Positions 25,181-40,406 of a DNA stretch of 64,000 bases are shown here, one piece after another. Location of the stretch: the NCBI RefSeq assembly GCF_006345805.1, contig NC_042997.1:30008001-30072000 (forward strand), in the 5' to 3' direction. Positions within the stretch are counted from its first letter, which is position 1; every line of letters starts with the position of its first letter. The position numbers were made by a program, and so were the translations under genes. This DNA is from Octopus sinensis (Eukaryota). The notes beneath the pieces are model-generated. The model worked only from the letters and a program-made list of their open reading frames with translations, searched no databases and was not told the DNA's origin.

Positions 25181-25931
25181 ACATACATACATACATACAT
25201 ACATACATACATACATACATACATACATGCATACATACATTATTATGGCTGCTCCCTCGTTATCGAGTATGGCCATTGCACGAAGCTTAACTGTTACTGG
25301 TGGTGTGATCGAATGTGACTTTTTAGCCCAGCTAAAGATCTACAATGTCTTGTACAGGATTGGCAACTAATACCTTTACCGGTATACATACATACATACA
25401 TACATACATACATACATACATACATACATACATGCATGCATACATGCATACATGCATACAAACAAAAATACCGTTGTTGATGTTGAAATTCTAATAAAGG
25501 GGCCTTGAATCTAAGAAGGAAACCGGCTCTTTCTCTATTGGCAAGAAATTATGAAATAAAACTGCATAATGACATACATATGTGTATACACATGCATACT
25601 AACGCACACACATGTACACAAACAAACACAAACAAAGAACGCAACTCCCATAACGGACAGAGTCAACAACAATTGAAGAGTTTGCAAGAAGCAACGAAAA
25701 TTTTAGAAAATAAAATAAAATATATAAGTAAATGAGTGAAAATTGTACTTGAACTTGTGAGTGTGTTATTTAATAAGGCATTTAAAACAGACTGACTCTC
25801 CGCAGACACAGCAAAATCTTCTACAACACACGAATTCACATAAAGAATCTCGCAAACTAAATGCAAAACCAAATGTGTTTGTGTGTAAGTGTGTGTGTGT
25901 GTGTGTGTGTGCATTTGCCTATATATATAGG

Positions 25932-26148
25932 TACTCTTTTACTCTTTTACTTGTTTCAGTCATTTGACTGCGGCCATGCTGGAGCACTGCCTTTAGTCGA
26001 GCAAATCGGCTCCGGGACAAATTCTTTGTAAGCCCAGTACTTATTCTATCAGTCTCTTTTGCCGAACCGCTAAGTGACGGGGACGTAAACACACCAGCAT
26101 CGGTTGTCAAGCAATGCTAGGGAGACAAACACAGACACACAAACAAAT

Positions 26149-26208
<60 letters not shown>

Positions 26209-26372
26209 GACAGGCTTCTTTCAGTTTCCGTCTACCAAATCCACTCACAAGGCATTGGTCGGCTCGGGTCTAAAGCAGAAGACACTTGCCCAAGATGCCA
26301 CGCAGTGGGACTGAACCCGGAACCATGTGGTTGGTTAGGAAGCTACTTACCACACAGCCACTCCTGCGCTTA
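25932..26372 (-). mobile_element. Full-length SINE family B
   Basis: Same head, body and tail as 15208-15615. Confidence 0.88.
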
Positions 26373-26924
26373 GGTAGCATATGTTTTACTAAATCTATCG
26401 TTCAGTAGGGTAACTAATATACTTTGTTTACTGGAGAAGTGGAATGAAGATCAGCCGTGCATATTTCAGTTAATTTAAAGCCTTTGCAATATGTATTAGT
26501 CTTTCAACACACGTGCAATCATTTCAGTTGGTAATAGTCGCGGAATTTCCGAAAATTTTAAGCTAGTTAGAAGTCTATAAAGAAACATGATATACACACA
26601 TACAAATACACGCAGACACACACACACCCCTAATACATATGTATTAAATTGTATTTTGTTTGAAACATTTGAAACGGGTTAATGAGATGAATGGCATTCA
26701 CACCTCATATCAAGGCATTTTTCAGAAATGAAAAAGCTTGCATTAATAAAGACAATTCCGCAAAGGTTAATAAGACATTGCTTAGTGTGTTTGAAACAGA
26801 AACAGGGATATAGCCAGGGAATCTTGAAGTCTATGGTGAAAGTAGAAGTAGAAAGATAAGGGAGTAGTAGTAGTAGTAGTAGTAGTAGTGTGGCAGCAGC
26901 AGGTGCAGCAGCTGCAGCAGCAGC

Positions 26925-26984
<60 letters not shown>

Positions 26985-27006
26985 GGTGGTGGTGGTGGTG
27001 GTGGTG

Positions 27007-27053
<47 letters not shown>

Positions 27054-27479
27054 TGAGGATGATGATGTTGTTGCTGTTGTTGTGCGTGAAAATTATAGGC
27101 AGATTCGGAAGAAATTCGAAAAATTAATCGAGACCGACAAAAAAATACGTGAACAATGAAAGTCGCTAAATTTTAAAAGGAATGAAACGTGAGATTTGGT
27201 ACATCAATGAAACGATATCAAAATGAACAAGAAATTCTTTCAATAACATCAATAAGTTGTTTAGTTTATATTAACAAGGAAAATGTAATGAAACAATGCT
27301 ATGAAAATAGGTAAATTTCTGTATCGACGTAAAGCTAAGAAAATATATAAAAATGCAGTGTTCCCAAAGCGACCACTTATAACTATAAAGTCCGACCCCA
27401 CTACATATATCTCCAAAGAAAAAAAGGGCACAGCATTCGGCGTGTTTCTCTATGTTTCTGTATGATGTGTGAGCGCGTC

Positions 27480-27616
27480 TGTACACATACACATATATAT
27501 ATATATATACATATATATATATGCATACATATATATACATACATACATATATATATATATATGCATACATATATATACATACATACATATATATATATAT
27601 GCATACATATATATAC

Positions 27617-27647
<31 letters not shown>

Positions 27648-27849
27648 CATACATACATATATATATACATACATACATATATATACATACATACATATAT
27701 ATATATACATACATACATATATACATACATATATATATACATATATATATACATACATATATATATATATACCTACATATATATATACATACATATATGC
27801 ATACATACATAAATAAATATATACATATATATATACATACATATATACA

Positions 27850-27897
<48 letters not shown>

Positions 27898-28151
27898 CAT
27901 ATATATATATGTATATACATATACATACATATATATATACACATACATATATACGTACATAATATATATATATATACATACATATATACATACATATATA
28001 TATATATACATATATTCATGCATATATATATACATACATATATATATACATACATATATATATATATATACATATATATACATATATATATATACATATA
28101 TATATATACATATATATATATACATATACATATATACATATACATATATAC

Positions 28152-28208
<57 letters not shown>
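27480..28208. repeat. Long (TA)n/(TACA)n compound microsatellite (similar tracts at 22480-22645, 23493-23685, 32350-33025, 43670-44350, 56670-56930)
   Basis: Direct inspection. Confidence 0.95.
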
Positions 28209-28215
<7 letters not shown>

Positions 28216-28269
28216 GTTTGGAGAATATTATATAGTAGAAGAAATGAGGTATATATACATATATATATA

Positions 28270-28542
28270 TCAACAAACAGCTGTTCAACAAACTGCCAAG
28301 AAAACTAAGAGATCTACATGATGCGGATGTGGACATTTTCAAAAAACATCTAGACAAGCTGCTTTCCGGGATCCCAGATGAACCCACTGCAAGGTACGAA
28401 GGTAACCTAAGGGCAGCAGCTACAAACTCTCTCTTAGATCAGTGGCCAGCCACGGCAAACTGGACTTAGAGAGGGTAGCAACAAGGGCGGTGCCCCAGCA
28501 TGGCCTCAGCCGGATGGCTGAAACAAGTAAAAGAGTAAAAGA

Positions 28543-28543
<1 letters not shown>
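28270..28543 (+). mobile_element. CR1/L2-group LINE 3' end (duplicate at 33087-33360)
   Basis: [48 protein letters not shown], then tail ggcggtgccccagcatgg..aagtaaaagagtaaaagag. Confidence 0.8.
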
Positions 28544-28608
<65 letters not shown>

Positions 28609-28809
28609 TTGTGTGCATGTGTATGTGTGTCACACGCAGACATACACATAAATATATATGAATTTTATTTTACTGGCTGAGAATACTTTCGGGTTTACTT
28701 AATGATGTAGAGTTTCGTGCCAAACCCCTTTTCTAACTACATATGCGTATGTACACACAAACACACACGCACATGCACACACACACAAACACACACACAC
28801 ACGCACATG

Positions 28810-28845
<36 letters not shown>

Positions 28846-31800
28846 ATGTACATAAATACATACACAAAATGTGCTAAAAGGAGAATTTAAAGAAACACAG
28901 AGAGTGACATTAAGATAGATGGGAAAAGAAGGGATGGGCGGGGAAATGCTCGTGATAACTACAGTAGGAAGCAGAATCCAGTTAATGCAGATCTGGAATT
29001 ACCAAGGGAACAAGAGACTAAAAACCGGAAAGAACTGACAGAATACACAGACGACAAGTGGGTCGGTCGGTCGGTGAGTGGGTCTCAAATAAAAACAAAC
29101 AAAACGCAGGAGTTCCTTGGCACACTGACTTCCTCGTTTCGCAGTTAACTTTATCTGTAACTTTATCAGTAGGTTGACATTGAAGTAGACGATTTAGAGC
29201 TTCAGTTCTGTCAATGTCGATTTAGCCATCCGTCTTTAAGGAGACGAGAACATATGTTCTTTTAAAAAATGAATCCCAAGATAATTGGTTGAAATAGGTC
29301 AGGGATAAATAAGAATGATAATGGTCGTTATCATGGCCTTCCAGACGGTATTCAGTATTGAATGTGACCGACTTATTTCGACTAATTTCTAAACAAAATC
29401 GGGAGGAAAAAAAAAAGCATGTTGATAGGAAGTTTCCGGATAATCAGGTAATTGCGATCAAGGTTGAAATTTCCGTTTTAATGTAAAGGGGCGAGTTCAA
29501 ATTTCACCATGGTCGACTTTGCCCTTCATCCATTCGGGGGTCAATGAAATAAGTACCAGCTGAGCACTGGGGTCTATGTAATCGACAAGCACATTTCCAA
29601 CAAAATTTCAGGTCATGTGCCTATAGTAGAAATAATACAAATAGCTAACTTAAGGCGATGGCCTCATGGAGCTAATCAGCGACAGCTTTAGTCTTATATT
29701 TATAAGACTGCCATATTAATATGGCGATAACAATTATTTTCCAGTAACGCTGCCGTAATCTCTTTTAGAGAGACTTAGTAATTTTAATATTTCTATTAAT
29801 AATAATCATCATTATCATTTAATTTAACAGAGAATCAACTGTGACGTCAGTGGTTTAACTTAGTGATTTTGTATTGTGGTCCCGGTCAAGAGTGTTCTTA
29901 TTTAAACCAAGTTAGGAGCTATAAAAATATGCTGCAAACTAGAAACATCTCGTTGTGGTAAACAATTTAGCCTTGTTAAACTAACAACTGAATCACTACT
30001 GTATAACCCCGAATCCAAGTTTATCTCCAATAGAAGTTGAATTCCGTTTCTCATATGCTAAATAAAAACAAATGAATAAAATCTTTATATTTTCTTTCTA
30101 TTTAAATCCATTATTGGTCATCTAAAATCTTTACTGTCTATAGTAATTAATCGTTTTCATCCTAAAATTATCATCTTTTTTGTTTTTTCGTTTTTATTTC
30201 GTGTCTTCGAAAATCAACAAGAGAATTAATTTTCTAAATAGGCATAATAAGGTCACTGAGTTAAAGAATTATAGAAGAGAAAATTAAAAGGTTGTGTGAC
30301 TAACGCTCATATTATTAGCGTAGAGACTTGTAAATAAAGTGAGTCTCTACATAACAGATCTGCTTGCAAGAAATTACACCCCAAAATTACACCCCAAAAT
30401 CGCTCAGTCTGCAAAACCGAATGATCTCAAAAAAATTTCCAACGCCTATCTGTGGTCGACCACCTTTTATCTGCTTGCAAGAAATTACACCCCAAACTCC
30501 TACAAATCACAATCTAACCTCAGGAAAATTAGATTAAAATGGGCAAAAAGCGCGCGGTCTGCAAAACTGAATGATCTCAACAAGAATGCCAACTCCTATC
30601 TGTGGTCGACCAGCTTTGATTTGTAGCTAAACGGAAACAGTTCATAAAATCTCATAAAGTGAAAAGACAACAATGCAATGAACCAGAATCTCCAGCTCAG
30701 ACTAGATATATTATAGACCCTGCTGCTCTGCTGACTCGATATGTTCTGACGTCAAATTCCAGCCGGTCACCGAAAATGATGACAATTCAGACAGGAATTG
30801 CTACTGTCAGATAGCGTAAGGATTTTGTAAAGACTAAAGGAAATAATTCTCGCTTCGTTGAAAGATTGACTGCCGCCATCACCGCTATAATTTTATGTAT
30901 CCAAGACAATGAACACATACACACGCATATTTTACATTTGTGTGTGTGTTTTTATATGTATGTGTGCGTGTGCGTACGTCGGCATGTCTTTATTTCTGTA
31001 TGTGTATGCACATATGTAGTTTACTCTTCCGTTATAAGTTGCACCAATAAGAATGTAATCCATCCATTGGGCGATAAATATCATTTAATATATACAGTAT
31101 TTAAAAATGAGCTACCAATAGTTTTATGCCAAGGAAACACAATAATTCAATAGGTTTATATAAAATTGCCCTGTGTTTCCAAACAAACTTCCAGGCTCAA
31201 TACACATGGTTGGTCTTATTTGAAAAAGAGGATGCTAGTCAATTAGAAAACACGAGAAAAAACGAGGAGATTGATCCAAAAAGTAGTAGGAGAAAACAAA
31301 AGGTGAATAAAAACAGAAAAAGAAAGAATAGCAAGAGTTGTGTTCCCTTTGTTTGTCGAAGTCATAATTAAATTTTCTAGAGTAGAAAGTGGTCAAACTT
31401 TGCCAGATGACTGCTCAATCCGGAGAGCGTGGTGTCTTCCAGTTCGACAAATGAAATTTTTCCATGTGCTTGCATTTGCTACAATTTCGGATCTGGAATT
31501 AAGTAGTGAGGTGAAATTCTTGAATCTACAAAGAATGTGCGGTCTTTCAGCAACCTGGAGATACACGGCACTTTTATATAAACCTGCCGAATTATGTTTG
31601 CACAGTTTGAAACTATTAGTAGCTCATATTTAAATACTATGTATATTAAATTATACATACATGTATTGGGGGGGGGTGTACAAAAGGAAGCAGACCGAAA
31701 CTTCGAAGTCTGTCTCAGTCTCTCTTGCAAAAGTTTGATAAACCTGTATTCTAATAAAAAGTATTCAATAAATTCTAGTTTAATTTTAAATTGTTTTTAT

Positions 31801-31849
31801 AATTAAGTGTAGTAGTATTAGTAAGTAGTAGTATGTATAGTAGTAGTAG

Positions 31850-31878
31850 TGGTGGTGGTGGTGGTGGTGGTGGTGGTG

Positions 31879-31925
<47 letters not shown>

Positions 31926-32709
31926 TGAGGATGATGATGTTGTTGCTGTTTGTTGTGCGTGAAAATTATAGGCAGATTCGGAAGAAATTCGAAAAATTAA
32001 TCGAGACCGACAAAAAATACGTGAACAATGAAAGTCGCTAAATTTTAAAAGGAATGAAACGTGAGATTTGGTACATCAATGAAACGATATCAAAATGAAC
32101 AAAAATTCTTCAATAACATCAATAAGTTGTTTAGTTTATATTAACAAGGAAATGTAATGAAACAATGCTATGAAAATAGGTAAATTTCTGTATCGACGTA
32201 AAGCTAAGAAAATATATAAAAATGCAGTGTTCCCAAAGCGACCACATATAACTATAAAGTCCGACCCCACTACATATATCTCCAAAGAAAAAGGGCACAG
32301 CATTCGGCGTGTTTCTCTCTATGTTTCTGTATGATGTGTGAGCGCGTCTGTACACATACACATATATATATATATATACATATATATATATGCATACATT
32401 ATATACATACATACATATATATATATATATGCATACATTATATAACATACATACATATATATATATACATATATATATACTACATACATATATATATCAT
32501 ATACATACATACATATATATATACATACATACATATATATATATATACATACATACATATATACATACATATATATATATACATTTATATATACATACAT
32601 ATATATATATATACCTACATATATATTACATACTATATGCATACATACATAAATAAATATATACATATATAATACATACATATATAACACATACATATAT
32701 ACATATATA

Positions 32710-32754
<45 letters not shown>

Positions 32755-32924
32755 CATATACATACATATAATATACACATACATATATACGTACATATAT
32801 ATATATATATACATACATATATACATACTATATATATATATACATATATTCATGCATATATATATACATACATATATATATACATACATATATATATATA
32901 TACATATATATACAATATTATATA

Positions 32925-32969
<45 letters not shown>

Positions 32970-32973
32970 CATA

Positions 32974-33031
<58 letters not shown>

Positions 33032-33359
33032 GTTTGGAGAAATATTATATAGTAGAAGAAATGAGGTATATATACATATATATATATCAACAAACAGCTG
33101 TTCAACAAACTGCCAAGAAAACTAAGAGATCTACATGATGCGGATGTGGACATTTTCAAAAAACATCTAGACAAGCTGCTTTCCGGGATCCCAGATGAAC
33201 CGACTGCAAGGTACGAAGGTAACCTAAGGGCAGCAGCTACAAACTCTCTCTTAGATCAGTGGCCAGCCACGGCAAACTGGACTTAGAGAGGGTAGCAACA
33301 AGGGCGGTGCCCCAGCATGGCCTCAGCCGGATGGCTGAAACAAGTAAAAGAGTAAAAGA

Positions 33360-33428
<69 letters not shown>

Positions 33429-36400
33429 GTCTATATATTTGTGTGCATGTGTATGTGTGTCACACGCAGACATACACATAAATATATGAATTTTATTTTA
33501 CTGGCTGAGAATACTTTCGGGTTTACTTAATGATGTAGAGTTTCGTGCCAAACCCCTTTTCTAACTACATATGCGTATGTACACACAAACACACACACAC
33601 GCACATGCACACACACACAAACACACACACACGCACATGCACACACACACACACACACACTCATGTACATAAATACATACACAAAATGTGCTAAAAGGAG
33701 AATTTAAAGAAACACAGAGAGTGACATTAAGATAGATGGGAAAAGAAGGGATGGGCGGGGAAATGCTCGTGATAACTACAGTAGGAAGCAGAATCCAGTT
33801 AATGCAGATCTGGAATTACCAAGGGAACAAGAGACTAAAAACCGGAAAGAACTGACAGAATACACAGACGACAAGTGGGTCGGTCGGTCGGTGAGTGGGT
33901 CTCAAATAAAAACAAACAAAACGCAGGAGTTCCTTGGCACACTGACTTCCTCGTTTCGCAGTTAACTTTATCTGTAACTTTATCAGTAGGTTGACATTGA
34001 AGTAGACGATTTAGAGCTTCAGTTCTGTCAATGTCGATTTAGCCATCCGTCTTTAAGGAGACGAGAACATATGTTCTTTTAAAAAAATGAATCCCAAGAT
34101 AATTGGTTGAAATAGGTCAGGGATAAATAAGAATGATAATGGTCGTTATCATGGCCTTCCAGACGGTATTCAGTATTGAATGTGACCGACTTATTTCGAC
34201 TAATTTCTAAACAAAATCGGGAGGAAAAAAAAAAGCATGTTGATAGGAAGTTTCCGGATAATCAGGTAATTGCGATCAAGGTTGAAATTTCCGTTTTAAT
34301 GTAAAGGGGCGAGTTCAAATTTCACCATGGTCGACTTTGCCCTTCATCCATTCGGGGGTCAATGAAATAAGTACCAGCTGAGCACTGGGGTCTATGTAAT
34401 CGACAAGCACATTTCCAACAAAATTTCAGGTCATGTGCCTATAGTAGAAATAATACAAATAGCTAACTTAAGGCGATGGCCTCATGGAGCTAATCAGCGA
34501 CAGCTTTAGTCTTATATTTATAAGACTGCCATATTAATATGGCGATAACAATTATTTTCCAGTAACGCTGCCGTAATCTCTTTAGAGAGACTTAGTAATT
34601 TTAATATTTCTATTAATAATAATCATCATTATCATTTAATTTAACAGAGAATCAACTGTGACGTCAGTGGTTTAACTTAGTGATTTTGTATTGTGGTCCC
34701 GGTCAAGAGTGTTCTTATTTAAACCAAGTTAGGAGCTATAAAAATATGCTGCAAACTAGAATCATCTCGTTGTGGTAAACAATTTAGCCTTGTTAAACTA
34801 ACAACTGAATCACTACTGTATAACCCCGCATCCAAGTTTATCTCCAATAGAAGTTGAATTCCGTTTCTCATATGCTAAATAAAAACAAATGAATAAAATC
34901 TTTATATTTTCTTTCTATTTAAATCCATTATTGGTCATCTAAAATCTTTACTGTCTATAGTAATTAATCGTTTTCATCCTAAAATTATCATCTTTTTTGT
35001 TTTTTTCGTTTTTATTTCGTGTCTTCGAAAATCAACAAGAGAATTAATTTTCTAAATAGGCATAATAAGGTCACTGAGTTAAAGAATTATAGAAGAGAAA
35101 ATTAAAAGGTTGTGTGACTAACGCTCATATTATTAGCGTAGAGACTTGTAAATAAAGTGAGTCTCTACATAACAGATCTGCTTGCAAGAAATTACACCCA
35201 AAATTACACCCCAAAATCGCTCAGTCTGCAAAACCGAATGATCTCAAAAAAATTTCCAACGCCTATCTGTGGTCGACCACCTTTTATCTGCTTGCAAGAA
35301 ATTACACCCCAAACTCCTACAAATCACAATCTAACCTCAGGAAAATTAGATTAAAATGGGCAAAAAGCGCTCGGTCTGCAAAACTGAATGATCTCAACAA
35401 GAATGCCAACTCCTATCTGTGGTCGACCAGCTTTGATTTGTAACTAAACGGAAACAGTTCATAAAATCTCATAAAGTGAAAAGACAACAATGCAACGAAC
35501 CAGAATCTCCAGCTCAGACTAGATATATTATAGACCCTGCTGCTCTGCTGACTCGATATGTTCTGACGTCAAATTCCAGCCGGTCACCGAAAATGGTGAC
35601 AATTCAGACAGGAATTGCTACTGTCAGATAGCGTAAGGATTTTGTAAAGACTAAAGGAAATAATTCTCGCTTCGTTGAAAGATTGACTGCCGCCATCACC
35701 GCTATAATTTTATGTATCCAAGACAATGAACACATACACACGCATATTTTACATTTGTGTGTGTGTTTTTATATGTATGTGTGCGTGTGCGTACGTCGGC
35801 ATGTCTTTATTTCTGTATGTGTATGCACATATGTAGTTTACTCTTCCGTTATAAGTTGCACCAATAAGAATGTAATCCATCCATTGGGCGATAAATATCA
35901 TTTAATATATACAGTATTTAAAAATGAGCTACCAATAGTTTTATGCCAAGGAAACACAATAATTCAATAGGTTTATATAAAATTGCCCTGTGTTTCCAAA
36001 CAAACTTCCAGGCACAATACACATGGTTGGTCTTATTTGAAAAAGAGGATGCTAGTCAATTAGAAAACACGAGAAAAAACGAGGAGATTGATCCAAAAAG
36101 TAGTAGGAGAAAACAAAAGGTGAATAAAAACAGAAAAAGAAAGAAAAGCAAGAGTTGTGTTCCCTTTGTTTGTCGAAGTCATAATTAAATTTTCTAGAGT
36201 AGAAAGTGGTCAAACTTTGCCAGATGACTGCTCAATCCGGAGAGCGTGGTGTCTTCCAGTTCGACAAATGAAATTTTTCCATGTGCTTGCATTTGCTACA
36301 ATTTCGGATCTGGAATTAAGTAGTGAGGTGAAATTCTTGAATCTACAAAGAATGTGCGGTCTTTCAGCAACCTGGAGATACACGGCACTTTTAATAAACC

Positions 36401-36622
36401 TGCCGAATTATGTTTGCACAGTTTGAAACTATTAGTAGCTCATATTTAAATACTATGTATATTAAATGATACATACATGTATTGGGGGGGGTGTACAAAA
36501 GGAAGCAGACCGAAACTTCGAAGTCTGTCTCAGTCTCTCTTGCAAAAGTTTGATAAACCTGTATTCTAATAAAAAGTATTCAATAAATTCTAGTTTAATT
36601 TTAAATTGTTTTTATAATTAAG
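31850..36622. repeat. ~4.8-kb tandem segmental duplication, copy 2
   Basis: Near-identical to copy 1, ending at ttataattaagt. Confidence 0.92.
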
Positions 36623-36817
36623 TTGACGTAAAAGCGCACACACACACACATACACGCTCGCACACACACACTCACAAGCACACACACATACTCGCGCGTG
36701 CACACACACTAACATACAGACGCATACATATACGTATATTTCATGAACAGGGCATGCATATTGGGCTAACACTAACATAGATTATTTTTTGAGTTGACGA
36801 ATATTGTTTTCCAGTAG

Positions 36818-37378
36818 AAGGCCCGAAATTTTGGGGGAGGGGCCAGTCGATTAGATTGGCCCCAGTACGTAACTGGTCCTTAATTCATCGACTCTGAAAG
36901 GATGAAAGTCAAAGTCGACCTCGGTGAAATTTGAACTCAGAACGTAAAAACAGACCAAATACCTATTTATTTATTACCCACAAGGGGCTAAACACAGAAT
37001 GGACAAACAAGGACAGACATAGGTATTAAGTCGATTACATCGACCCCAGTGCGTAACTGGTACTTGATTTATCTACCCCGAAAGGATGAAAGGCAAAGTC
37101 GACCTCGGCGGAATTTGAACTCACAACGTAACGCAGACGAAATACCTATTTCTTTACTACCCACAAGGGGCTAAACATAGAGAGGACAAACAAGGACAGA
37201 CAAACGGATTAAGTCGATTACATCGACCCCAGTGTGTAACTGGTACTTAATTTATCGACCCCGAAAGGATGAAAGGCAAAGTCGACCTCGGCGGAATTTG
37301 AACTCAGAACGTAGCGGCAGACGAAATACCTCTAAGCATTTCGCCCGGCGTGCTAACGATTCTGCCAGCTCGCCGCCT
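36818..37378 (-). mobile_element. SINE family A trimer
   Basis: One A-box head, three B-box/core units joined at aaata|ggtatt. Confidence 0.88.
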
Positions 37379-38017
37379 TTGTGTTAATGAATATTACAGT
37401 CTGATGGAGTGAGTAAAGTTTATTAGTGAGGCAGAGTTGGCGATTATGAGTTTCAAACCATTAAGAAGGGGCCCTACCAATGATATTTTATGAAATGACC
37501 AGATGTCAGCATCCAGATAATAGTCCAAATATAAGCATTTAGACAATTTTCTATAATTGAAATTGAAAACACCTCCTCCTCCGAATTAAGTATGTAGTCA
37601 AACAAAGGCTAATCCCTCCGCGCAGAATTAATTACTCTAATCATAATATTCCCGATTTTAAGAAACCTTTACTTCCATATTTCTATTTTCTATTTTCCTT
37701 TTTCGCACTCCACAAATTTCTTTTGGTATTTTCATCCCTTTTCTCAAAAAGCTTTGATACTTTGAGTCTGTGTGATTGCTTCGAAGAGCATGGTACGCTG
37801 TATAACCTGAGCCGACCATTGTATTTTCTGGGATATGAAACTAACAGTAGCTAGTAATTAAGCCCTGTGTATATTAAATGATGCACGCATAAATACGTAC
37901 ACACACACACACGCATGATCCAAAATAATGAGACAAAGAAATACTTTATAAATATATATATATATTATCCTAAGTACTTATATACGCAGACATATATATA
38001 CAAACATACATACATAC

Positions 38018-38570
38018 ATGGTGGCTGCCCCTTCGTTATCGAGTATGGCCATTGCACGAAACTTAATCAATGTTGTTATGTGCAATGCCTGTGCAAGAAG
38101 ATTATTTTTAAAGTGAGGAAAGGCTGTGCACTGAGTCAATCCCACTCACTAAGCAACATCAGCCATAATCCGAAAAGAAGAACAACTCAACATCATCGGT
38201 AACCACTGAGCTGCAGGTTTTATGTCGGAGTCATCCAAGTTTCTAGAGTTACCTTCTCCTAGAAGGATGCCCTAACAAAGGCTAGGAGTCCTTCACTCCC
38301 AATAGTTTAACTGCGCGATCGGGTTTTCAGTCCGATTATTTCTATGTCACCGCGCATGATACAGCCTTAAGACATTTATTGGATGACCGTTGACTCTCAA
38401 GAGTTCCTCCGCCCTCTGACGGGTTTTGTTTTTCATCCCGCAGGGTGTCCAATAAACACCCTCCTCACCAAGCAAGCTTGGTTGGGTTGCCGGTTTAGTC
38501 GCCGACGACTCGACCATGCAACAGGTTGTACTGGGTTACATGTTACCAGTAGCACTCGAAAGCGACCTGA
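38018..38570 (-). mobile_element. Non-autonomous RTE-related element
   Basis: Minus strand has gggcatccttctaggagaaggtaactc (resembles the RTE 5'UTR motif); tail gccatactcgataacga.gg..cagcc is also at ~25245-25290. Confidence 0.5.
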
Positions 38571-38592
38571 CATACATACATACATACATACA

Positions 38593-38626
<34 letters not shown>

Positions 38627-38639
38627 AATGGATGTATGT

Positions 38640-39545
38640 ATTTTCCCCTTGTTTACAATTAAGACGGAAAAAATAGATAAACAGTTACCAGGGCAGCAAA
38701 AAATCACACAAGTAATAAGGACATAACACCCTGTTTGTAAATGTAGAAACACCGGGTTGATGTGAAATATTTTGTATAATATATATAAATAAATAAATGG
38801 AGTTAAACGCAGGTGTTATTCAAATTCTTTCACTTCCGACAGATGTTTCGAAGACAACATTGGTATTATTCCAAATGAATAAAATGGTGTAAAACAATGT
38901 AATCTTCTCATAAAGGAAAGAAAGAAAGAAACCGAACATCAATAAGACATTTTAACAGAATGTGAGGGATGTGAATAATGATGAACGGAACGCTATTAAT
39001 TTTTGTTAAAAAAACCGTTAGAAGATATAACGTCAAAGGTAGCCTATAAAAAGAGAAGGTGTAAAGGAAAGATATAAGCAGAAAACTAATAAAGGAAAAA
39101 TATAGAGCGATATGTGAATTAAAATAAAAGCTTAAAGGCTTGGAAAAAGATAAATCTAGCGGAAGTGAAATGTAAGAATAAAATCAATGTTCAAACTATA
39201 TATAATGGTAGATATCACTTATATGAAATAAAGGTATGTTTCTGCTCTATAACCGTGTTTAGAAGGGGATTTTTAGAAAATATAATAGAAAATAGTTAAC
39301 TATTACAGAGTTGGCAGAACTCTTTGCCTTTATCATATGGGAAAGAAATGGAGAGAATCAACCAATCTAAATTAAATTGTTTATCATGGTCTTTTAGATA
39401 CCAAATTAATTTACTAAGCCCTGCACTATCGCGGTTATCACTACACCTAAATGTAGAATAATGATTAGAAATTCTTTTAGATAACTGGGAAGACCTTGGT
39501 ACCTGAAGTAATTTTATACTAGTATATAGAGTTTTTAATCTTAGA
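38640..39545 (-). mobile_element. PLE (Naiad-like) GIY-YIG C-terminus, 3' region and degenerate HHR
   Basis: KRISNHYSTF..LSKLIWYLKD..W.IL..PY..CQLCN; downstream tttatga-gaaga..tcttc-GAAAC-atct-GUC at ~38835-38915. Confidence 0.8.
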
Positions 39546-40087
39546 ATTACTAGACATAAACTTAATTCTATTGGAATTGACTTCAGAGACAATAACCTTG
39601 TTATTAATATCGGCCAGACTGCTCGGTCTTTCGGGGTCTGACCGTGGTACGTGCAAATATCGATATTCATCCCTGTGTCTATGAAACTTTTGTATCTCTG
39701 CTGTAAGTCTTCATTTCCATACGCGCCAGCTTAATTTAATTCGTCCTTAGTCGAAAGACACCTGTTGCTATGTCCTGTTATTATTTTTATTGTATTTATA
39801 TTTGTGTAACATTGTTTTCTCCGTCCTTGTTTTTGTATACATTCGATGTTTTCTTCGAAGGAATCTAATGCTTTTAGTTTAGTTTTTCCTTGGGGCTGGT
39901 CAGATTGGAGCAATCTCAAGAATAATCAGCCGAAATTGCGAGGATAATCTGGTTCTCGACTGAAGATAGAAAACTTCGAATGACCCGTCCTTGCTTTCTT
40001 TGTATCGTCTATCTGGATGTTTTGTTGTCCCTTTTTGTAACACCTAGATGTCCAGATGTTTTGTGTTCTTGTCCCATTTTGTATTTT

Positions 40088-40152
<65 letters not shown>

Positions 40153-40285
40153 GAAATAAATGGTATATCTATCCACTTTATACAGCTCAACCAATTAGCG
40201 CTCTAATGGAGCTTAAGGAATACAAAATTAAGGAGAGAAACAAATTCCAATGGTCGGTGTATATATCCATACTCTCCTTCTTACA

Positions 40286-40338
<53 letters not shown>

Positions 40339-40406
40339 GTAGGTCCCAGGTTGAGTCGGAGTTAACCACAGTCAATAAGGTACTCAATACATAGCAGAGT
40401 AAATTA

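Larger units (their letters stand above)
26990..31807. repeat. ~4.8-kb tandem segmental duplication, copy 1
   Basis: Offset 4817 (28442/33259; 30866/35683); junction lies in (GTA/GTG)n. Confidence 0.92.

Noticed and set aside
26890-27159. Poly-Ala/poly-Val ORF; also poly-Ile ORF at 9660-10025
   Set aside because: Trinucleotide microsatellites with no coding signal
27271-28321. Long YI/HT/CV-rich ORFs (also ~23.3-23.8k, 32k, 43.5-44.5k, 54k, 56.6k)
   Set aside because: Translations of (TA)n, (CA)n and (TACA)n microsatellites
31243-31365. 40-aa hydrophobic minus-strand ORF downstream of a TATA-like box
   Set aside because: Hydrophobicity is explained by T-rich composition; no independent support
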